The translations under genes were made by a program, and so were the position numbers. A stretch of 64,000 nucleotides of DNA from an uncultured Chitinophagales bacterium (GTDB taxonomy: Bacteria > Bacteroidota > Rhodothermia > Balneolales > HLUCCA01). The stretch lies in contig CAYYPL010000008.1 in the NCBI GenBank assembly GCA_964473555.1, positions 64,601-128,600 on the forward strand, given 5' to 3'. Of the stretch, positions 60,457 through 64,000 are shown piece after piece (the first letter of the stretch is position 1; each line of letters begins with the position of its first letter). Below the pieces are notes generated by a model, which worked only from the letters and a program-made list of their open reading frames with translations, did not search any database and was not told the origin of the DNA.

Positions 60457-62133
60457 ATGATCATTTTAGGAATTGCAAACGACGAAACGGCAAGTGCTTG
60501 TATCGTTAAAGACGGAAAACTGCTTGCAGCAGCCAGTGAAGAACGATTCACACGCATCAAAATGGACCATAACTGGCCAGTTAACTCGGTTGAGTTCTGT
60601 CTGAAAACCGCTGGGATCACTCTGGATCAACTTGACAGTATTGCCTACGGGTGGAGTGCTGGATTCGATGCAGAGAAACACTTGCTGGCTTATCACGACC
60701 GCATCGTGTACGAGGCAATGAACAATCCAGCTGGACTCGACACATTCCGTGAACGAATCGCTTCCGAAATCGAGCAAGATCGTCGAAAGCGAACTGAATA
60801 TCAGGATTTCGTCAAGGCAAATGGACTGCAGCTCAAATCCGTCAGCATCGATCACCACGAAGCGCACGCGTATTCAGCATACTGCTTTTCTCCATTTGAA
60901 CGAGCTTTGGTCGTAACCAGCGACGGTCGAGGTGATTTCCTGGCCGTGACGGTGAGCCTGTTTACGCCGGACTCCATGGAAGTGCTGTATCGAGGTTCAA
61001 GTATTGATTCGCTCGGATTTTTTTATGGAAGGATCACGGCGTTGCTTGGGTTTACACCACACCGACACGAAGGAAAAGTCACAGGACTCGCGGCACACGG
61101 AGATCCACAGAAACTGCTTCCCAAAATGCGTGAAATGATTTACGTGAAAGAGGGTCAAGTTTATGGTCGGTCAGGTGAGCTGTTCAGACCGTTTTACAGC
61201 AATTTCAGCGATGAACTCAAGCAATTGATCGCATCGAATTCCCGCGAAGACGTCGCAGCTGCGGCTCAGGTTCACCTCGAAGAATGTATCACTGAACTAG
61301 TCACACACTACGTCAATCAAACCGGAGCTGAGTACGTGTGCATGGCTGGTGGAGTATTTGCAAACGTACGCGTAAATCAGTGCGTCATGGAGATTCCGGG
61401 AGTCAAAAACATCTTTATTCAGCCCCAGATGGGTGATGGGGGACTTTGTGTGGGTGCCGTAGCGGGATATCTGCACCAGAACGGAACTGCGAAAGTGGAC
61501 TGGGACAATATGTATCAGGGTCCGGGATTTACCAACGACGAAATCGAGGCAGAACTCAAGAAATTTCCAGAATTGACGTACACCAAATCAGACGATGTGG
61601 TGTCCGCAGCGGTCGAAGCCATAACCAGCAATCAGGTTGTGGGATGGTTTCAGGGGCGCATGGAATTTGGTCCGCGGGCGTTGTGCAACCGCAGTATCAT
61701 CTATCACTGCAAAGACCGAAGCGTTAACGATTGGCTCAACCACCGAATGGATCGGACTGAATTTATGCCCTTTGCTCCGGTTTCGATGGAAGACATTGCC
61801 AGGGAATGCTATATCGGATGGAAAATGGATCATATTGCCAGCCGATACATGACCGTAACTTACGACTGCACCGACTACATGAAAAGCAAAGCTCCTGCGG
61901 CAGTACATATCGATGGAACTGCGCGCCCGCAAATCGTTGGTGAGAGTGATAATCCGCTGATGTACAAGCTCCTGAAAGCATATTACGACGCCACCGGCGA
62001 GCCGGCGCTCATCAACACCTCCTTCAACCGTCACGAAGAACCCATCGTGCACCATCCACTCGAGGGCATCGACGCTCTGGCGACCGACATCGTGGATGTA
62101 CTTGTGATTGGGGATTATGTTGTGAGGAAGTAG
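60457..62133 (+). CDS. NodU/CmcH-family carbamoyltransferase
   Basis: MIILGIANDETASACIVKDGKLLAAASEERFTRIK N-terminus, DHHEAHA, and a C-terminal YrdC/Kae1-like carbamoyltransferase layout. 558 aa. Confidence 0.9.
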   Translation: MIILGIANDETASACIVKDGKLLAAASEERFTRIKMDHNWPVNSVEFCLKTAGITLDQLDSIAYGWSAGFDAEKHLLAYHDRIVYEAMNNPAGLDTFRERIASEIEQDRRKRTEYQDFVKANGLQLKSVSIDHHEAHAYSAYCFSPFERALVVTSDGRGDFLAVTVSLFTPDSMEVLYRGSSIDSLGFFYGRITALLGFTPHRHEGKVTGLAAHGDPQKLLPKMREMIYVKEGQVYGRSGELFRPFYSNFSDELKQLIASNSREDVAAAAQVHLEECITELVTHYVNQTGAEYVCMAGGVFANVRVNQCVMEIPGVKNIFIQPQMGDGGLCVGAVAGYLHQNGTAKVDWDNMYQGPGFTNDEIEAELKKFPELTYTKSDDVVSAAVEAITSNQVVGWFQGRMEFGPRALCNRSIIYHCKDRSVNDWLNHRMDRTEFMPFAPVSMEDIARECYIGWKMDHIASRYMTVTYDCTDYMKSKAPAAVHIDGTARPQIVGESDNPLMYKLLKAYYDATGEPALINTSFNRHEEPIVHHPLEGIDALATDIVDVLVIGDYVVRK

Positions 62134-62134
62134 G

Positions 62135-62169
62135 GAGTGGGGAGTAGGGAGTGGGGCGAGCGGCGAGCA
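62135..62169. repeat. Heptad tract (GAGTRGG)x3 + (GCGAGCR)x2
   Basis: Read directly. The carbamoyltransferase TAG stop (62131) abuts the tract. Confidence 0.8.
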
Positions 62170-62189
62170 GAACCTGTCCACTTTCTTTT

Positions 62190-62369
62190 GGCGCAGCCAA
62201 CTTTCTCCTGCGTCAGCAGTTTTCCCTCGCGAAGCGACATTCACGTGCAAAGTAACTTTCACATGGTACCGCCCAACCGTCGCACCGCGACTGAGTCGCC
62301 CTCTCCGAGGCTTCAGCCTCGCTCTCCGCTCGTGAAACGAGTACCCTCCGCGACAAAGTCGCCCTCTCC
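62190..62369 (-). repeat. Mini-hairpin array D (GGAGAG-phased family, inverted orientation)
   Basis: Plus strand: GCGAC-TGA-GTCGC 62287-62299 + CTCTCC 62301; GAGGC-TTCA-GCCTC 62307-62320 + CTCTCC 62322; CTCGT-GAA-ACGAG 62329-62341 + CCCTCC 62344; GCGAC-AAA-GTCGC 62350-62362 + CTCTCC 62364. Degenerate units lie upstream. Confidence 0.75.
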
Positions 62370-62433
62370 GGTAGTTGATTTTAGCAGTTAAATAAACAGA
62401 TTTTTATACGTAGTTAATGAAGTACTCAACACT

Positions 62434-63498
62434 ATGAAAGATATCCAACTCGAACAGTTTACCATCGGTGATTCACATCGTCCGTTTATCATTGCGGAGA
62501 TGAGTGGAAATCACAATCAGTCTTTGGATCGTGCCCTGGAGATCGTCCAGGCAGCCGCTGATGCCGGTGCCCACGCCATCAAGCTCCAGACCTACACGGC
62601 CGACACTATGACCATCGACATTCGGGGTGGACTCTTCTCGATTGATGATCCCAAGTCTTTGTGGGACGGTAAAACACTGTACGAACTCTATCAACTGGCT
62701 CATACCCCGTGGGAATGGCACAAACCGATCTTCGAAAAAGCTCGATCACTGGGAATGATGCCCTTCAGTACGCCTTTTGATGCCACTTCGGTCGATTTTC
62801 TAGAAGAAATGGGTGTCGCAGCATACAAAATCGCCTCCTTTGAGAACGTGGACTGGCCGCTGCTCCGGAAAGTAGCTCAGACCGGTAAACCTGTGATTAT
62901 GTCCACCGGAGCTGCTACTCTGGCCGACATTGACGACGCGGTTCGTGTACTTCGAGAAAATGGATGCAGCGACCTGGTACTTTTGAAATGCACCAGTACC
63001 TATCCGGCGACACCAAAAAATTCAAATATCCTGACCATCCCGCACATGCGTGATGTGTTTGGATGTCATATCGGACTCTCAGATCACACACTTGGAGTTG
63101 GCGCTGCAGTCGCAGCGGTCGCTTTGGGAGCTCGTGTCATCGAGAAACACTTTACCCTGAGTCGTGCCGATGGAGGCGTGGATGCTGCCTTCAGCATCGA
63201 ACCACATGAGCTCAAACTGCTGGTTGAGGAGTCCGAAAGGGCATTTCAGGCACTAGGATACATCCAGTATGGCATTTTGAACGATGAAAAGGGGAGTTTA
63301 CGCTATAAGCGATCTGTCTATGTGGTCGAAGATGTGAAAAAAGGCGAGAAATTTACTCCTGAAAATGTCAGGACTATACGTCCGGGTGATGGACTTCAGC
63401 CTAAATATTACGACACGGTCATCGGACTTACGGCTGGGCAGGATATTAAACGTGGAACCCCGTTTTCCTGGGGTTTACTCGCGGCAAAGCCGCACTAA
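62434..63498 (+). CDS. pseI: Pseudaminic acid synthase
   Basis: FIIAEMSGNHNQSLDRA, KLQTYTADT, and a C-terminal SAF domain. NeuB-family with PseI-type motifs, in a pse context. Confidence 0.88.
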   Translation: MKDIQLEQFTIGDSHRPFIIAEMSGNHNQSLDRALEIVQAAADAGAHAIKLQTYTADTMTIDIRGGLFSIDDPKSLWDGKTLYELYQLAHTPWEWHKPIFEKARSLGMMPFSTPFDATSVDFLEEMGVAAYKIASFENVDWPLLRKVAQTGKPVIMSTGAATLADIDDAVRVLRENGCSDLVLLKCTSTYPATPKNSNILTIPHMRDVFGCHIGLSDHTLGVGAAVAAVALGARVIEKHFTLSRADGGVDAAFSIEPHELKLLVEESERAFQALGYIQYGILNDEKGSLRYKRSVYVVEDVKKGEKFTPENVRTIRPGDGLQPKYYDTVIGLTAGQDIKRGTPFSWGLLAAKPH

Positions 63499-63590
63499 TC
63501 GCGCACAAAGCGCCCAAAGTACAGGAAGTGCTGTATTTAATGCCCAAAGATTACAAAGCTCTGGCTCTGAATTTTAAAAATGGTAAGTTT

Positions 63591-63626
63591 TCTGCCCTTT
63601 CTGCCCTTTCTGCCCTTTCTGCGCAT
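63591..63626. repeat. 9-nt tandem repeat (TTCTGCCCT)x3 + TTCTGCGCA
   Basis: Read directly. It ends 32 nt upstream of the ATG at 63659. Confidence 0.85.
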
Positions 63627-63658
63627 TTTAAGTCAAAAAAGCTTCGAAACTAGATACT

Positions 63659-64000
63659 ATGATGAATATTCTTAACCAGAAACGAATATTAGTTATTGTT
63701 GCTCATCCAGACGATGAGTTGCTTGGTCCAGGTGGAACCATTCACAGGTTGACATCATCAGAGAGTAAAACTCAGATAAAAGTGGTTATTTTGGGTGAAG
63801 GGATCACGTCGCGTGGTGATGTCCGAGATGCAGCTAAATGGGATTCTGAGTTGAAACAACATCAGCAAAACATTCGTGATGCAATGGCAAAGCTGGGATA
63901 CCATGAGCTTGCGATCCACACGTTTCCGGATAACCGATTCGATTCGGTGCCGTTACTTGACATCATTAAAGTAGTTGAACGCGAGAAGGAAGCCTTTAAA
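63659..64000 (+). CDS. PIG-L/LmbE-family deacetylase, N-terminal part (runs off window end)
   Basis: My own translation from ATG 63659: MMNILNQKRILVIVAHPDDELLGPGGTI..., the PIG-L signature (AHPDDE). There is no stop before 64000, so it is not in the ORF track. Confidence 0.75.
   Translation, partial: MMNILNQKRILVIVAHPDDELLGPGGTIHRLTSSESKTQIKVVILGEGITSRGDVRDAAKWDSELKQHQQNIRDAMAKLGYHELAIHTFPDNRFDSVPLLDIIKVVEREKEAFK

Noticed and set aside
62137-62391. 84-aa ORF between the carbamoyltransferase gene and pseI
   Set aside because: It is composed of heptad tracts and hairpin array D. Its low-complexity S/P/R-rich translation is a repeat artefact.

Overview
This 64-kb chromosomal window reads like a Bacteroidota/Balneolota-type genome. 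There are no Shine-Dalgarno motifs before starts, and it carries a UpxY-type antiterminator, a TonB-dependent receptor and outer-membrane proteins ending in Phe. All calls come from reading the translations and DNA by eye; no database search was possible.

Gene content, left to right:
- etfA (partial) and etfB, an amidinotransferase-fold enzyme, and an AbgT transporter.
- A 4-gene accessory cassette: GT-A-like protein, SAM methyltransferase, sulfotransferase-like protein and a DUF5989 mini-protein.
- carA-carB and a sugar porter.
- A dispersed haem-biosynthesis supercluster (hemH-hemA-hemC-hemD-hemE / hemF-Rieske oxygenase-hemB / hemL / hemY), interleaved with three signalling modules.
- A TonB-dependent receptor, an AhpD-like gene, an OMP, mutS2 and a TauE permease.
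- From 43.2 kb, a surface-polysaccharide locus: upxY, a wHTH regulator, Wza-like, Wzz-like, a UDP-GlcA-epimerase-like gene, a WbpE/D/B-like trio and a Wzm/Wzt ABC exporter.
- A non-canonical pseudaminic-acid cassette: pseB, pseC, aldo-keto reductase, SDR, SpsF-type cytidylyltransferase, pseG, NodU/CmcH carbamoyltransferase, pseI and a PIG-L deacetylase.

One signalling module (a PAS histidine kinase plus a sigma-54 enhancer-binding response regulator) sits beside two divergent, perfect TGGCAC-N5-TTGC promoters. These drive YceI-like genes and a porin, and a dyad-repeat pair lies exactly midway between them.

No rRNA, tRNA, CRISPR, transposase or integrase was seen.

The least explained signal is non-coding. 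It comprises intergenic arrays of sequence-variable mini-hairpins phased by GGAGAG spacers, a shared 38-nt core, and NAGTRGG heptad tracts, one of which is embedded in frame in hemY.
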